Shown: piece by piece, positions 39,512 to 49,384 of the stretch
How positions within the stretch are numbered: the first letter of the stretch is position 1
Layout: each line of letters starts with the position of its first letter
DNA from: an uncultured bacterium
Lineage (GTDB): Bacteria; Actinomycetota; Acidimicrobiia; Spongiisociales; UBA5794
Reading direction: 5' to 3'
Length of the DNA: 64,000 nucleotides
Assembly (NCBI GenBank): GCA_963801165.1
Contig: CAWDDT010000004.1
Span: 768,001-832,000 of the forward strand
Program-made: the position numbers and the translations under genes
Notes under the pieces: generated by a model
What the model saw: only the letters and a program-made list of their open reading frames with translations
The model's database searches: none
What the model was told of the DNA's origin: nothing

Positions 39512-40053
39512 CCGAGACCAGCGATCCATTCCTGCTGCGTGCGAGGGGACGTGATCCTGACCCAGGTGAGATGACGATGCAGCGGGTCGTCGCGGGCCTC
39601 TTGGTATAGGTGCCGGTACCTGGCGTGCTGGGTCCACGACCAGAGGATGATGTTCTCTTCCGGGTCGGTTTTGATGAGGTTGCGCAATCGCTCCCGATTG
39701 CCGTTCCATAGCTCCCGGCGCAGCACCATCCGGCCCAGGGTGCGTCTGACCACCCGGGACATCACCACTCTGCGAGGCAGGTCGAGCCACACAACGGTGT
39801 CGGCGGCGGCGAACACGAGATCCTGGACGAGGGATCGGTAGTTGCCGTCGACCACCCACGAGTCCGCCTCGATGCGATCGGAGACGATCGCCCGCATGCG
39901 GTTTCGCTCGATCGGCGTCCAATTCTCCTGATGGTGAATGCTGTCGAGCTCGATGTGCTCGCAGCCGATACGTCTGGCGATCTCAGCGGCAAGGGTGGTC
40001 TTGCCCGACCCGCTGTTGCCGACGACTGCGATACGGCGGGGCAGCGGATTCAT
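39505..40053 (-). CDS. adenylate-kinase-like P-loop protein (FlaR-like)
   Basis: GNSGSGKTT, IELD, WVVDGNY, ADTVVWLD. Confidence 0.85.
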   Translation of the reverse strand: MNPLPRRIAVVGNSGSGKTTLAAEIARRIGCEHIELDSIHHQENWTPIERNRMRAIVSDRIEADSWVVDGNYRSLVQDLVFAAADTVVWLDLPRRVVMSRVVRRTLGRMVLRRELWNGNRERLRNLIKTDPEENIILWSWTQHARYRHLYQEARDDPLHRHLTWVRITSPRTQQEWIAGLGH

Positions 40054-40080
40054 GCGCCCAAGGATGGCACAGGGGTGCGG

Positions 40081-40419
40081 TCAGTAGCGAGACTCGGGCT
40101 CGATCTGCAACGTCTCCTCCCAGAGCTGGAGCAGCGTTTCGAGGTCGCCTGTGACATCTTCGCCCGGGTGCTCCGGCTCGGGAAGGAGGTCGACGATGTC
40201 GAAGTCGAAGGCTGCTTCGCCGTCGTTGTCCCAGTCCGCTTGCAGCCGCTTGCTGGGATGGCTGTCGAGACTCAGCTGGGCGCGAATGCGGTTGAGCATC
40301 GCCGGTGCGTCCCGGCTCGCCCCCAACAGGGTGCGCCCGCTCGGCCTATGAACGACCCGGTACACGCCGGCGGGACGCGGCGTCTCCCTGTAGTGGCGCG
40401 CCAACTCCTTGCGATTCAT
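40081..40419 (-). CDS. GIY-YIG-like family protein
   Basis: 'AGVY.V.....GR.LLG.S.D....LNR...L....H....LQADW...G..AF.F'. Confidence 0.8.
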   Translation of the reverse strand: MNRKELARHYRETPRPAGVYRVVHRPSGRTLLGASRDAPAMLNRIRAQLSLDSHPSKRLQADWDNDGEAAFDFDIVDLLPEPEHPGEDVTGDLETLLQLWEETLQIEPESRY

Positions 40420-40532
40420 GTCGGTCCCTTCCGCCTGATCGACTGCCCGGCAAGCCTAGGAATCGCCATGAGCCGGCGGTGACAGGGATACCCTCGCGGC
40501 CCGCAGAAACGACGTCGGTTCACGGTTTGGGG

Positions 40533-41558
40533 TCACCAGCGGGCGTGATGTTCCTCGGCCCACCCCGGAAGTGCGTCGAGAGTATGGGTGTCTCCCGCGT
40601 CGTCGACAACGGTTCCGGAGAAGGCGCCGAACATCTGATGGACCTCGGATCGGATCAGCAGCAGATTGGTTCTCGCCGTTCGTTCCAGAATGGGAGTGAA
40701 GGTGAGATCCACTAGCTCCGATCGTATGGTCCAGGGGCGAATGAAATCCGCATCGTCGTAGGCGAATTCGATGTCGGTGAGCTTGTGAATGCGCCCGTCC
40801 AGGATGAATGTGTTCTCGGTCGCGGCTGAGGTGTCTCCAAATCCGTATCCCATGTTGAGCCCGACCCGACGCCGGTCGCCGAGGAATCCCGATGCGCTCG
40901 CCCACACCCAGAACGAGCGGTACTCCCAGACACCGCGGCCCCAGTCGAGCGTTCCCGAACTCGTCGCGGGGTCGATGGCGACGATCCGGTCACCCACGCT
41001 GATGCTGCCGTGCACCGGCATGCAGTTGATCTTCCGGTTGTAGTAGAAGCGCTGCTCGCCGATCGGGGTGGCGATCACGGTGGACTCGCCCGCGCCATCG
41101 AACTCCAGATCAGCCTGCAGTCGTTTGCCCCCAAAATCCGCCCAGTCAACTGTAACGGCCCTGTGGTCGTCGACGACCTCGAAGGTGAGGGCGGCCCGTT
41201 TTCCCTTCCATGAGGTGGTGCCGGCATCGCTGTTGCGGGGGAGGGTGATGCCGCGGCCGAGAGGGATCGTGATCGTGCCCTCGACGTAGGTCGCCGTGGC
41301 GAAGTCGACCATGTAGGCAAATGCCTGCCCGGCGTACCCGAGGTCGGCGAGGGTGGCCGAGAAGTAGCCGCCGGGGTAGGTGACTCCGTAGTAGTCCCAG
41401 CGCTTGATCCGGTAGCGCTGCCAGGGTCGGGCAAACCGGTAGAAACGGGCTCGCTCCAGGTTGCAGTCGAGCAGCGGCCGGCGTGCCCACCCACGCTGCA
41501 GCAGGGCACCGTCGTGGTCGAGCAGTGAAGATGTCTCGACGATTTCGTGCTCGCTCAT
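40533..41558 (-). CDS. DUF2804 domain protein
   Basis: 'KRWDYY', 'FYYNRKINC', 'LDWGRGVW', 'GLNMGYGFGD...TEN', 'HQMFG', 'GWAEEHHARW'. Confidence 0.88.
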   Translation of the reverse strand: MSEHEIVETSSLLDHDGALLQRGWARRPLLDCNLERARFYRFARPWQRYRIKRWDYYGVTYPGGYFSATLADLGYAGQAFAYMVDFATATYVEGTITIPLGRGITLPRNSDAGTTSWKGKRAALTFEVVDDHRAVTVDWADFGGKRLQADLEFDGAGESTVIATPIGEQRFYYNRKINCMPVHGSISVGDRIVAIDPATSSGTLDWGRGVWEYRSFWVWASASGFLGDRRRVGLNMGYGFGDTSAATENTFILDGRIHKLTDIEFAYDDADFIRPWTIRSELVDLTFTPILERTARTNLLLIRSEVHQMFGAFSGTVVDDAGDTHTLDALPGWAEEHHARW

Positions 41559-41620
41559 GGGGTCTCCTGATGCTCCCTGTTGGTCCCGATCACGGTAGCG
41601 GGCGGGTGGGCCGTCACATC

Positions 41621-41650
41621 TGGACAGATCGAACATATGTTCGATACAAT
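41621..41650 (+). promoter_or_regulatory. dinB promoter with actinobacterial LexA (SOS) box
   Basis: TCGAAC-ATAT-GTTCGA (41629-41644) between TGGACA (-35) and TACAAT (-10); ATG 7 nt after the -10. Confidence 0.92.
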
Positions 41651-41657
41651 GGTCGGC

Positions 41658-42905
41658 ATGGCTGAAGTTGCCGCCATCCTCCACGCCGATCTCGACGCCT
41701 TTTACGCATCGGTGGAGCAGTTGCTCGACCCGTCGCTGCGCGGCAAGCCGATCGCTGTTGGTGGGGGCGTCGTGCTGGCGGCGTCGTACGAGGCGAAGGC
41801 TTTCGGGGTGCGGGGTGGAATGCCGGGGAGGCTGGCGCGCGAGCTATGTCCCCATCTGCGGTTTGTCGGTGGCAACTTCACCCGCTACCAGGATTACGGC
41901 GACCGCGCCATCGACATCGTTCGCGATTTCACACCGCTCATAGAGCGGATCTCGATCGACGAGGCGTTTGCCGACGTGTCGGGCTCGATCCATCTATTCG
42001 GGTCTCCCGCAAAGATCGCTGCAACGATAAGGGCGCGGGTCCGCGATGAGGTCGGGCTGCCGATCTCGGTGGGGGTGGCCCGCACCAAGCATCTCGCCAA
42101 GATCGGATCGCAGGTGGCAAAGCCCGACGGCATGGTCGTCATCGATCCTGCCACTGAGCTGGAGTTCCTCCACGACCTGCCGGTTGAGCTGATGTGGGGT
42201 GTCGGGCCGGTCACGAAGGCACGCCTGGCCGAGGCGGGTGTGCACACAATCGGCGAGCTGGCGGCGACGCCGGGTCGCTCGTTGGAGCGGCTCCTCGGTC
42301 ACACGGTCGGGGGCCGGCTCGGGGCGCTCGCGTGGAACCACGATCCGCGAGACGTCGTCACCAACCACCGGGCCGGGTCGGTGAGCGCTCAGTCCGCGCT
42401 TGGCAAGAAGCCGGCAACCGGGGAAGTGATCGGACCTACCCTGCGCCACCTGGCGGACAGGGTCGCCGGACGGTTGCGCAAGAAGAACCTGGCGGGCCGG
42501 ACGATCACCGCCCGGGTCCGGTTTGCCGATCTCCATGCGGTGACCAGATCGGTCACCTTGCCCTCACCCATCTCTGCGACCGTGATCCTCGCCGAGGTTG
42601 CCGAGGACCTGGTGGCGACCGCGTTGCATGATCACCCGGACGAGGCGACGATCAGCCTGCTGGCCATCGGCGTGTCGCATCTCGCGGATGATGCGGCTCT
42701 CCAGCTCGAGCTTCCTTTCGAGCTCGAGGGGGAAGAGCGCCGGCCGGGTACAGCCAAGGGCGCCGCGCGCTGGGTGCTCGACAGGTCGGTTGATCGGGTG
42801 CGGGAGAAGTACGGTCGAGAGCTGGTCGGGTACGGCTCGGTGGCGCTCGGTCAGCAACGGTCTGTGCCCGATGCCTTTCGCGAGCTTGCGGAGAAGGATC
42901 TCTAA
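41658..42905 (+). CDS. dinB: DNA polymerase IV
   Basis: ILHADLDAFYASVE, AASYEA, SIDEAF, AKPDG. Confidence 0.95.
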   Translation: MAEVAAILHADLDAFYASVEQLLDPSLRGKPIAVGGGVVLAASYEAKAFGVRGGMPGRLARELCPHLRFVGGNFTRYQDYGDRAIDIVRDFTPLIERISIDEAFADVSGSIHLFGSPAKIAATIRARVRDEVGLPISVGVARTKHLAKIGSQVAKPDGMVVIDPATELEFLHDLPVELMWGVGPVTKARLAEAGVHTIGELAATPGRSLERLLGHTVGGRLGALAWNHDPRDVVTNHRAGSVSAQSALGKKPATGEVIGPTLRHLADRVAGRLRKKNLAGRTITARVRFADLHAVTRSVTLPSPISATVILAEVAEDLVATALHDHPDEATISLLAIGVSHLADDAALQLELPFELEGEERRPGTAKGAARWVLDRSVDRVREKYGRELVGYGSVALGQQRSVPDAFRELAEKDL

Positions 42906-42929
42906 GCCGTCCCGGGTAACAGCCGATAC
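42903..42929 (+). promoter_or_regulatory. sigma28/WhiG-like promoter TAAG-N15-GCCGATAC
   Basis: taag ccgtcccgggtaaca gccgatac upstream of the GH26-SLH gene. Confidence 0.55.
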
Positions 42930-42987
42930 CTGTTTAACCTCCCAGCAACCGGGGGGACGTTTTTTTGAGTGGTGAAAGGAGGTCCCG

Positions 42988-44631
42988 GTGACGCGTTGGC
43001 AAGCCTTGCGACGCCATTGGCCGGCCACACTGGCGATCTTTCTGGCCGCGGCCCTCGTGGCGAGTGTCGCCCTGCTGGCGCCGGGCGAGCGCGGGGTTGC
43101 CTCCTCGGGCATCATGCTCGGTGCTACTCCCGAAGCGATCGACGGGCTGCGTCAGGACGGTGTGGCCGAGATCGAGAACCAGCTGGGTCGGAAGCTCGAC
43201 CTGGTGCGTGTCTTCGAGAGCTGGGAATCGACATTCCCCAGCGCGTTCCACACCCAGATGGTCGATCAGGGCCGGTTGATGGTCGTATCGGTCAGGCCCA
43301 AGCGCGCAGACGGGTCGAAGATCCAATGGCGGGACATCGCCGATGCCGCTCCCGGCAGCCAGCTGTACAACGAGATGGTGGCGTGGGCGCAGAAGCTGCG
43401 AGACCTCAACGTCCCCGTCTGGTTTGCGTTACACCACGAACCCGAGGCGGCGGGCAGCTCCGGATACGGTGATGCTGCCGATTTCATCGCCGCCTGGCGT
43501 GCGTTTGTCGACATTATCCGGGCGCAGGGTGCCGACAACGTCCGGTTCGCCTGGATCATGACCGCATGGTCATTCGAGACAGCGGAGTCGGATGCCCGGT
43601 ATGCCGGCAAATGGTATCCAGGCGATGCGTATGTGGATCTGATCGGATCGGACGCTTACAACTTCGACAAGTGCCGCAGCAGTTCCACCGACTACTGGCG
43701 CCCGCTCGAGGAGATTGTCGAGCCGCAGCGTGTGTTCGGTCTCGCCCATCCCGGCAAGGACCTGTTCCTCGCCGAGGTGGCGTCGACCGAGGACCCTTCG
43801 GCCTGGGGTGGCGCCAAGGCGGCCTGGGTCACCGCAGCCAGGGCGCTGTTCCAGAAGCCCGGTTGGGAGCAGTTCGTCGCCATCTCCTTCTTTGACGTCT
43901 TGGATCCCGGCTACCCCAATTGTGATTGGCCGATCGATTCCAGCCCGGAGGCTCTGGCCGCTCTCGTCGATCTCGGCGCCGACCCGTTCTACGGCGGAGG
44001 CGGCGGTGGAGGTCCGACGTCGACGACCCTGCCGACGCCGACGACCCAGCCGACCCCGACAACCCAGCCGCCCCCGGGAGGGGAGACTGGGACTTTTGTC
44101 GATGTGCCTTCGACTAATCCGTTCTTCACGCAGATTGAATGGCTGGCCGGCGAGGGGATCACCGCCGGCTGCAACCCGCCTGGCAATGATCGTTTTTGCC
44201 CGGGCGAGGCTGTGACTCGGGGTCAGATGGCGGCGTTTTTGGTGCGGGCGTTGGGGTATTCGGATGATGGTGGTGGTGACTGGTTTGTCGATGATGACGG
44301 GTCGGTGTTCGAGGGGTCGATCGACAGGCTGGCGAGGGCGGGGGTGACCGCCGGCTGTAACCCGCCTGGCAATGATCGTTTTTGTCCGGGCGAGGCTGTG
44401 ACTCGGGGTCAGATGGCGGCGTTTTTGGTGCGGGCGTTGGGGTATTCGGATGATGGTGGTGGTGACTGGTTTGTCGATGATGACGGGTCGGTGTTCGAGG
44501 GGTCGATCGACAGGCTGGCGACCGCGGGGGTGACCGCCGGCTGCAATCCGCCGACGAATGACCGTTTCTGCCCCGATCAAGCTGTGACTCGTGGTCAGAT
44601 GGCCGCCTTCTTATACCGGGCCCTCAGCTGA
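42988..44631 (+). CDS. secreted GH26-like glycoside hydrolase + Pro/Thr linker + 3 SLH-like repeats
   Basis: 'LHHEPE' acid/base, 'AAWR', 'YPGDAYVDLIGSDAYN', 'LAEVA' nucleophile; SLH triad. Confidence 0.8.
   Translation: MTRWQALRRHWPATLAIFLAAALVASVALLAPGERGVASSGIMLGATPEAIDGLRQDGVAEIENQLGRKLDLVRVFESWESTFPSAFHTQMVDQGRLMVVSVRPKRADGSKIQWRDIADAAPGSQLYNEMVAWAQKLRDLNVPVWFALHHEPEAAGSSGYGDAADFIAAWRAFVDIIRAQGADNVRFAWIMTAWSFETAESDARYAGKWYPGDAYVDLIGSDAYNFDKCRSSSTDYWRPLEEIVEPQRVFGLAHPGKDLFLAEVASTEDPSAWGGAKAAWVTAARALFQKPGWEQFVAISFFDVLDPGYPNCDWPIDSSPEALAALVDLGADPFYGGGGGGGPTSTTLPTPTTQPTPTTQPPPGGETGTFVDVPSTNPFFTQIEWLAGEGITAGCNPPGNDRFCPGEAVTRGQMAAFLVRALGYSDDGGGDWFVDDDGSVFEGSIDRLARAGVTAGCNPPGNDRFCPGEAVTRGQMAAFLVRALGYSDDGGGDWFVDDDGSVFEGSIDRLATAGVTAGCNPPTNDRFCPDQAVTRGQMAAFLYRALS
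44161..44532. repeat. near-identical 186-bp intragenic tandem duplication (SLH repeats)
   Basis: 44161-44346 and 44347-44532 differ at only a handful of bases; G/T-rich codon usage. Confidence 0.9.
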
Positions 44632-44689
44632 GGCGGAATCATTTGGCGGATCCCCCAGGCCTGCGGCCGGGTTTCGGCGCCGCGGAAAC

Positions 44690-45157
44690 TCAAACCTCGG
44701 CGAGTTGAGGAGGGAAGCCGCCACGGGCAACCGGGCCCCAGTCGTCGATGGTGATCCGTATCAGCGACTTGCCCTGTTTCACCATGGCTTCCCGGTACTC
44801 GTCCCAGTCGGGATGCTCGCCCGCGATGCTCCGGTAGTACTCCACGAGCGGCTCGACGGCCTCGGGCACGTCGAGTACGTCGGCCGTGCCGTAGATCTGT
44901 ACCCACTCGTCGCCGAAGTCGTCCGACAGGACACACACCGAGACTCTTGGGTTGCGCCGGATGTTGCGTACCTTGGCTCGTTGCGGGTAGCTCGAGATGA
45001 CCAGCCGCCCTGCGTCGTCAACGCCCATGGTGTTGGGTGACATCTGGGTGCGACCATCGCGGCGAGACGTCATCAGAATGGCCCGGTGTCGCGGCCGGAC
45101 GAACTCGAGTAGGCCTTTCCGGTCGACTTTCGTGTTGGTAGCGATCTTCCGTGTCAT
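44690..45157 (-). CDS. PPOX-class F420-dependent oxidoreductase
   Basis: 'L.T.RRDGR.Q.SP', 'RAKVRNIRRNPRVSVCV', 'YYRSIAGEHPDWDEYREAM'. Confidence 0.9.
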   Translation of the reverse strand: MTRKIATNTKVDRKGLLEFVRPRHRAILMTSRRDGRTQMSPNTMGVDDAGRLVISSYPQRAKVRNIRRNPRVSVCVLSDDFGDEWVQIYGTADVLDVPEAVEPLVEYYRSIAGEHPDWDEYREAMVKQGKSLIRITIDDWGPVARGGFPPQLAEV

Positions 45158-45173
45158 AGGCGCAGCATATCGA

Positions 45174-46487
45174 CTACCGGGCGGTGGCCCGGCGTGGCAG
45201 TGCCCCGACCAGGGTGGCCCCGAGTGCTGCGGCGGATGGAATGAGCCAACGAACGTGGGCCGTCGTGGTGGCGAGACCCTGGACGGCGACCGCCGCGGTT
45301 GTCCCGACGGTGAGAACCAACCCGAGGATGACGGCGATCGTGGCCGGAGCCGGCCGGGTGTTGATCCGCCACTCGAATCTGGCGAAGAGGGCGATCAGAC
45401 CCAGCGTGACACTCGCCAGGACAGCGAGCCATAGCGGCCGGCTCAGCCACCACACGGCAGTTCCCGGCTCGACCGAGAATGCGGTCCCGCCGAACAACGA
45501 CAGACCGGCGGCCCCTACCAGGGCCATTGCGGTGAGGTGCCACAGGTAGACGGTCATGATGATTCCCGACAGCGACACCACCGCATGCCACCCGCGGAAG
45601 CTGTCCGTGAAACGCCGGACCAGACCCTGGGTTCCCCAGATGACGCCGAGTTGCATGCCGCCGAGCAGAGCGATAGCGAAGGTGGGTGGGGTCACGTTGG
45701 TGAGCGCCGAACCGGGGATCCCGAGCATGGCAACCGGGTAGACGCCGATGGCAGTGAGCAGGATGAGGGTGCCAAGCGAAGCACCGGCGACTATCCATCC
45801 GGTGCGAGCAGCGATGCCTCTCCGGTCGAGGTCCGACCACAGATACCCGACCTGGTGGATGCCCGCCCAGGCAAAGAGGAAGTTGACCCATCCGATCAGG
45901 GGAATCCCGAACCCGAGTCTGAGAATGTCAACGAAGATGGCGGCGCCAAAGAGAGCGACGATGGAGACTGCTCCCCGTTGCTGCCACCAACGGTAGGTGA
46001 ACGGAGCCAGGGCAACGAGCACCAGGTAGACGGCCATGAACCACAACGGCACTGTGGCAGCCATCGCACCCGCCCACACGATGTCGTGAGGGATGAGGCC
46101 CCGGATGGCAACAATCAGCGCCACCCAAACGGCGAGCAGCGGGAGCACCGGGGTGAACAGCCGCCGCATCCTGGCGGCGATCCACTCGTGCCGGGGCTCC
46201 TCGCCCAGGGCCACTCGTCGCAGCGCCCGGGCGTTGGCGTATCCGCCGGCGAGAAAGAACACCGGCATGACCTGCACCAGCCACGTCAGCCAGCCGGCGC
46301 CCGGAACCCATTCGAGTGAGTTCATGAGCTGGACGTCGCCGGAGGGGGTCAGCCAGATCGATGCGGCCAGCCAGTGGCCGAATACGACGACGAGGATGGC
46401 GAGTGCTCGCCAGAAGTCGACGATGCGGTTGCGGTCGGCCGGCGTGGCTGCGGCGATTTTGCTGGTGTAGGTTGTGTACTTCTTCAT
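45174..46487 (-). CDS. acyltransferase family 3 (membrane)
   Basis: 'RNRIVDFWRALAILVVVFGHW', 'QVMPVFF', 'PLWF', 'YLWH'. Confidence 0.9.
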   Translation of the reverse strand: MKKYTTYTSKIAAATPADRNRIVDFWRALAILVVVFGHWLAASIWLTPSGDVQLMNSLEWVPGAGWLTWLVQVMPVFFLAGGYANARALRRVALGEEPRHEWIAARMRRLFTPVLPLLAVWVALIVAIRGLIPHDIVWAGAMAATVPLWFMAVYLVLVALAPFTYRWWQQRGAVSIVALFGAAIFVDILRLGFGIPLIGWVNFLFAWAGIHQVGYLWSDLDRRGIAARTGWIVAGASLGTLILLTAIGVYPVAMLGIPGSALTNVTPPTFAIALLGGMQLGVIWGTQGLVRRFTDSFRGWHAVVSLSGIIMTVYLWHLTAMALVGAAGLSLFGGTAFSVEPGTAVWWLSRPLWLAVLASVTLGLIALFARFEWRINTRPAPATIAVILGLVLTVGTTAAVAVQGLATTTAHVRWLIPSAAALGATLVGALPRRATAR

Positions 46488-46559
46488 GAGGGCACCGTAT
46501 TGGTGCCCGGTGTCGCGCACATGGGGGCGATACCCCCAGCGTCTATCTGGGGGTGGGGA

Positions 46560-47540
46560 TTGATAGCCGAGGTTCCGGCAACCATCGACGCAATTGATGC
46601 GCGCTGGGTCTCCCTGGTGGTGGGCAGCGCCGATGTGTCTGAGATCACAACGAATCGGATCGGCGAGGGCTTCGGGCTGGCAGCGGAGACTCATCGGGTC
46701 GATATCGTCGACGCCGACATGCCGCCACTGGCGGTGAAACTGTGTGACGCGGCTACGGCCGATGCAGAGGTGCACGTCTACCGGCACGTATTGAGCCGGA
46801 CCAACATGTCTCGCCCCGTGCTCGTCGAGGCGGCAACTGAGGGGGAGCGCGGCGTTGTTGTGTACGAGTACATCGCCGGGGCAACCCAGGGCGACATCCT
46901 GGCCGGCTGTTCCGACGCAACCCTCGCGCGGATCATCGATGGACTGGCCGAACTCCACGCTGCGTGGTGGTGCCGGGCCGGTGACGCGGGCGTGCCCGCC
47001 GCCGGGGAGCGAATGCGCCGGGAGCTAACCGACGCTCATATAGACGCATGTCTCGAACGTCTCGGCGGCGCACTCGAGCCCGATGCTGTGGCACTGATCC
47101 GATCGATGCCCGGTCGTGTCGACGACGTCATCGATGAGCTCGTGAGCCACCCGCTGACCGTTGTTCACGCCGATGCTCATCTCGACAACGTGCTCATTCG
47201 GGGAGATGGGAGCCCGGTCATCCTCGACTGGTCCACCGCCCGGGTTGCTCCGGCTGCACTCGACCTGGCTCGTATCCAGATCGAATGCATGATGCCGGAG
47301 CAGCGCCGCAGGCTTCGGTCCCGGATGGCTCAGCGCCACCATCGGGCATTGACCGACCGCGGCATCGGCGACTACAGCATCGAGGAGCTCGAACGCGCCG
47401 TCGACCTCGCCCACCTGGCTTTCATCCCGGGTCTCGTCAGGTGGGGAGCCAGGGAGCGGCGGAAGGACCACCCGGCACACGCCGATCTGTTGTTGCGCGC
47501 CGGGCTGATCGCAACCACCGATGCCCTCCTCGGCAGGTAG
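46560..47540 (+). CDS. APH/choline-kinase-like phosphotransferase
   Basis: 'LAELHA', 'HADAHLDN', 'ILDW'; start uncertain. Confidence 0.8.
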   Translation: MIAEVPATIDAIDARWVSLVVGSADVSEITTNRIGEGFGLAAETHRVDIVDADMPPLAVKLCDAATADAEVHVYRHVLSRTNMSRPVLVEAATEGERGVVVYEYIAGATQGDILAGCSDATLARIIDGLAELHAAWWCRAGDAGVPAAGERMRRELTDAHIDACLERLGGALEPDAVALIRSMPGRVDDVIDELVSHPLTVVHADAHLDNVLIRGDGSPVILDWSTARVAPAALDLARIQIECMMPEQRRRLRSRMAQRHHRALTDRGIGDYSIEELERAVDLAHLAFIPGLVRWGARERRKDHPAHADLLLRAGLIATTDALLGR

Positions 47541-47554
47541 GCGAGGTACAGCTG

Positions 47555-48352
47555 CTACTGGGGCTTCGTGTACCGGTGCACGGCCAGGGGAGCGAACACG
47601 GCGATGATCACAAGGATCCAGATGATCGTGTACACCACCGGGTTTTGCAGAGGCCACGCGGTTGGCGTAGGCGTCCCGGCCGGGATGTTGCCAAATAGCT
47701 CACGGGCGGCCTGGGTGACGGCAGACACCGGGTTCCACTCGGCGAAGTGTCGCAGCGCACCGGGCAGGGTCTCCGATGGCACGAAGGTGTTGGCAATGAA
47801 CGTCAGCGGGAAGATCACCATGAACGAGGCGTTGTTGACGACCTCGACGCTCGGGACGATCAGGCCCACGAAGGCCATGATCCACGAGAACGCATAGGCG
47901 AAAGCCAGCAACAGGAGGAACCCGAGGGCGGCTTTGAACAAGCCGTTGTGCAGCCGCCACCCGACGAGAAGACCTGTGAGGGCCATGATCAGCAGCGAGA
48001 GCACGTTGTAGATGACATCGCTCGCCGTCCGGCCCAGCAGCACCGCGGATCGGGACATCGGCAGAGAACGGAATCGGTTGATGATGCCCTTCTGCATGTC
48101 GTCGGCGAGCCCTGCGCCGGTGAATGTGGCCCCGAACACAACGGTCTGAGCGAAGATCCCGCCGATGAGGAACTCCCGATAGGCGCCGCCCTGGATCTGG
48201 ACGGCGTTGCCGAAGACGTAGGCAAACAAGAGCACGAACATGATCGGGGACAACAGAACGAAGACGAGCACCTCAGGGACCCGCTTGATCTTGATCACGT
48301 TGCGCTTGGCGACGGTGTGTGCGTCGAGGAAGGCGTTTACCAGGCTCGTCAT
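47555..48352 (-). CDS. ABC-2 type permease (DrrB-like)
   Basis: 'GIINRFRSLPMSRSAVL.GR' and 'FAEWNPVS'. Confidence 0.92.
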   Translation of the reverse strand: MTSLVNAFLDAHTVAKRNVIKIKRVPEVLVFVLLSPIMFVLLFAYVFGNAVQIQGGAYREFLIGGIFAQTVVFGATFTGAGLADDMQKGIINRFRSLPMSRSAVLLGRTASDVIYNVLSLLIMALTGLLVGWRLHNGLFKAALGFLLLLAFAYAFSWIMAFVGLIVPSVEVVNNASFMVIFPLTFIANTFVPSETLPGALRHFAEWNPVSAVTQAARELFGNIPAGTPTPTAWPLQNPVVYTIIWILVIIAVFAPLAVHRYTKPQ

Positions 48353-49320
48353 GCTTTGACCTCCTCAGCGTTGGTTTCCGGTGCGGCAACGTGCCCGGTG
48401 AGCGTCAGGAACACGTCGTCGAGGGTGGGCCGCCGCAGCCCGACATCGCTGACATCGATACCGGCGTCGTCGATCTTGCCCACGGCCTTGGTGAACTCGG
48501 ATGCTCCCCCGGAGATCGGTGCCACGATCGTCCTGGTCCGCTCGTTGACCTGGACGTCGCTGATGGCGAAGCTGCCCAGGAGGTCGGCCGTCCGGGTCAG
48601 ATCGACCTGGTGGGTGACCGTCACCTCGATCCGCTCCCCACCGACCTGGTCCTTGAGCTGGTCCGAGGTTCCGTGTGCGATCGCCCGCCCATGGTCGATG
48701 ACCAGGATGTCGTCGGCGAGTCGATCGGCTTCCTCGAGGTACTGGGTGGTCAGCAGCAGCGTGGTCCCCTTGCCGACGAGATCTTCGATGACGTTCCACA
48801 TCTCGGTCCGGCCGTTGGGGTCGAGACCTGTGGTGGGCTCGTCGAGGAACAGCACCATCGGCTCGGCGACGATGGCGCCGGCGAGGTCCAGCCTGCGTCG
48901 CATTCCACCGGAATACGTCTTGACCGGGCGATCGGCGGCATCGGTGAGGTCGAATCGGTCTAGTAGTTCCCTGGCGCGTTTGCGCGAAGGGTCACGACCG
49001 AGGTGATACAGCCGACCAATCATGTCCAGGTTCTCGAATCCCGTGAGGTTCTCGTCGACGGCGGCGTATTGGCCGGAGAGCCCGATCACTTTGCGTACTT
49101 CATCGGCATGTGCGACCACGTCCTTGCCGGCAACGGTCGCCCGTCCGGCATCGGGATGGATCAACGTGGCCAAAATAGAGACCGCGGTGGTCTTCCCCGC
49201 GCCGTTGGGACCGAGCAGCCCGAGAATGGTGCCCTCGGGGACACTGAGATCCAGCCCGTCGAGGGCCTTCACTTCCTTGTAGTACTTCGCCAGTCCGGCT
49301 GCCTCGATGATGCCGTCCAT
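48349..49320 (-). CDS. ABC transporter ATP-binding protein (DrrA-like)
   Basis: GPNGAGKTT, YSGGMRRR, FLDEPTTGLDP, TTQYLEEA, PTLDDVFL. Confidence 0.93.
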   Translation of the reverse strand: MDGIIEAAGLAKYYKEVKALDGLDLSVPEGTILGLLGPNGAGKTTAVSILATLIHPDAGRATVAGKDVVAHADEVRKVIGLSGQYAAVDENLTGFENLDMIGRLYHLGRDPSRKRARELLDRFDLTDAADRPVKTYSGGMRRRLDLAGAIVAEPMVLFLDEPTTGLDPNGRTEMWNVIEDLVGKGTTLLLTTQYLEEADRLADDILVIDHGRAIAHGTSDQLKDQVGGERIEVTVTHQVDLTRTADLLGSFAISDVQVNERTRTIVAPISGGASEFTKAVGKIDDAGIDVSDVGLRRPTLDDVFLTLTGHVAAPETNAEEVKA

Positions 49321-49384
49321 GGTGTCCTCCCTCTTTCAGGAGCCGCAACACTACCGATGGGGTGTGACACGTTTTGACGGGCGG

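Noticed and set aside
44161-44532. DGR template/variable repeat pair
   Set aside because: An in-frame tandem domain duplication with few, not adenine-specific, differences and no reverse transcriptase in the window.
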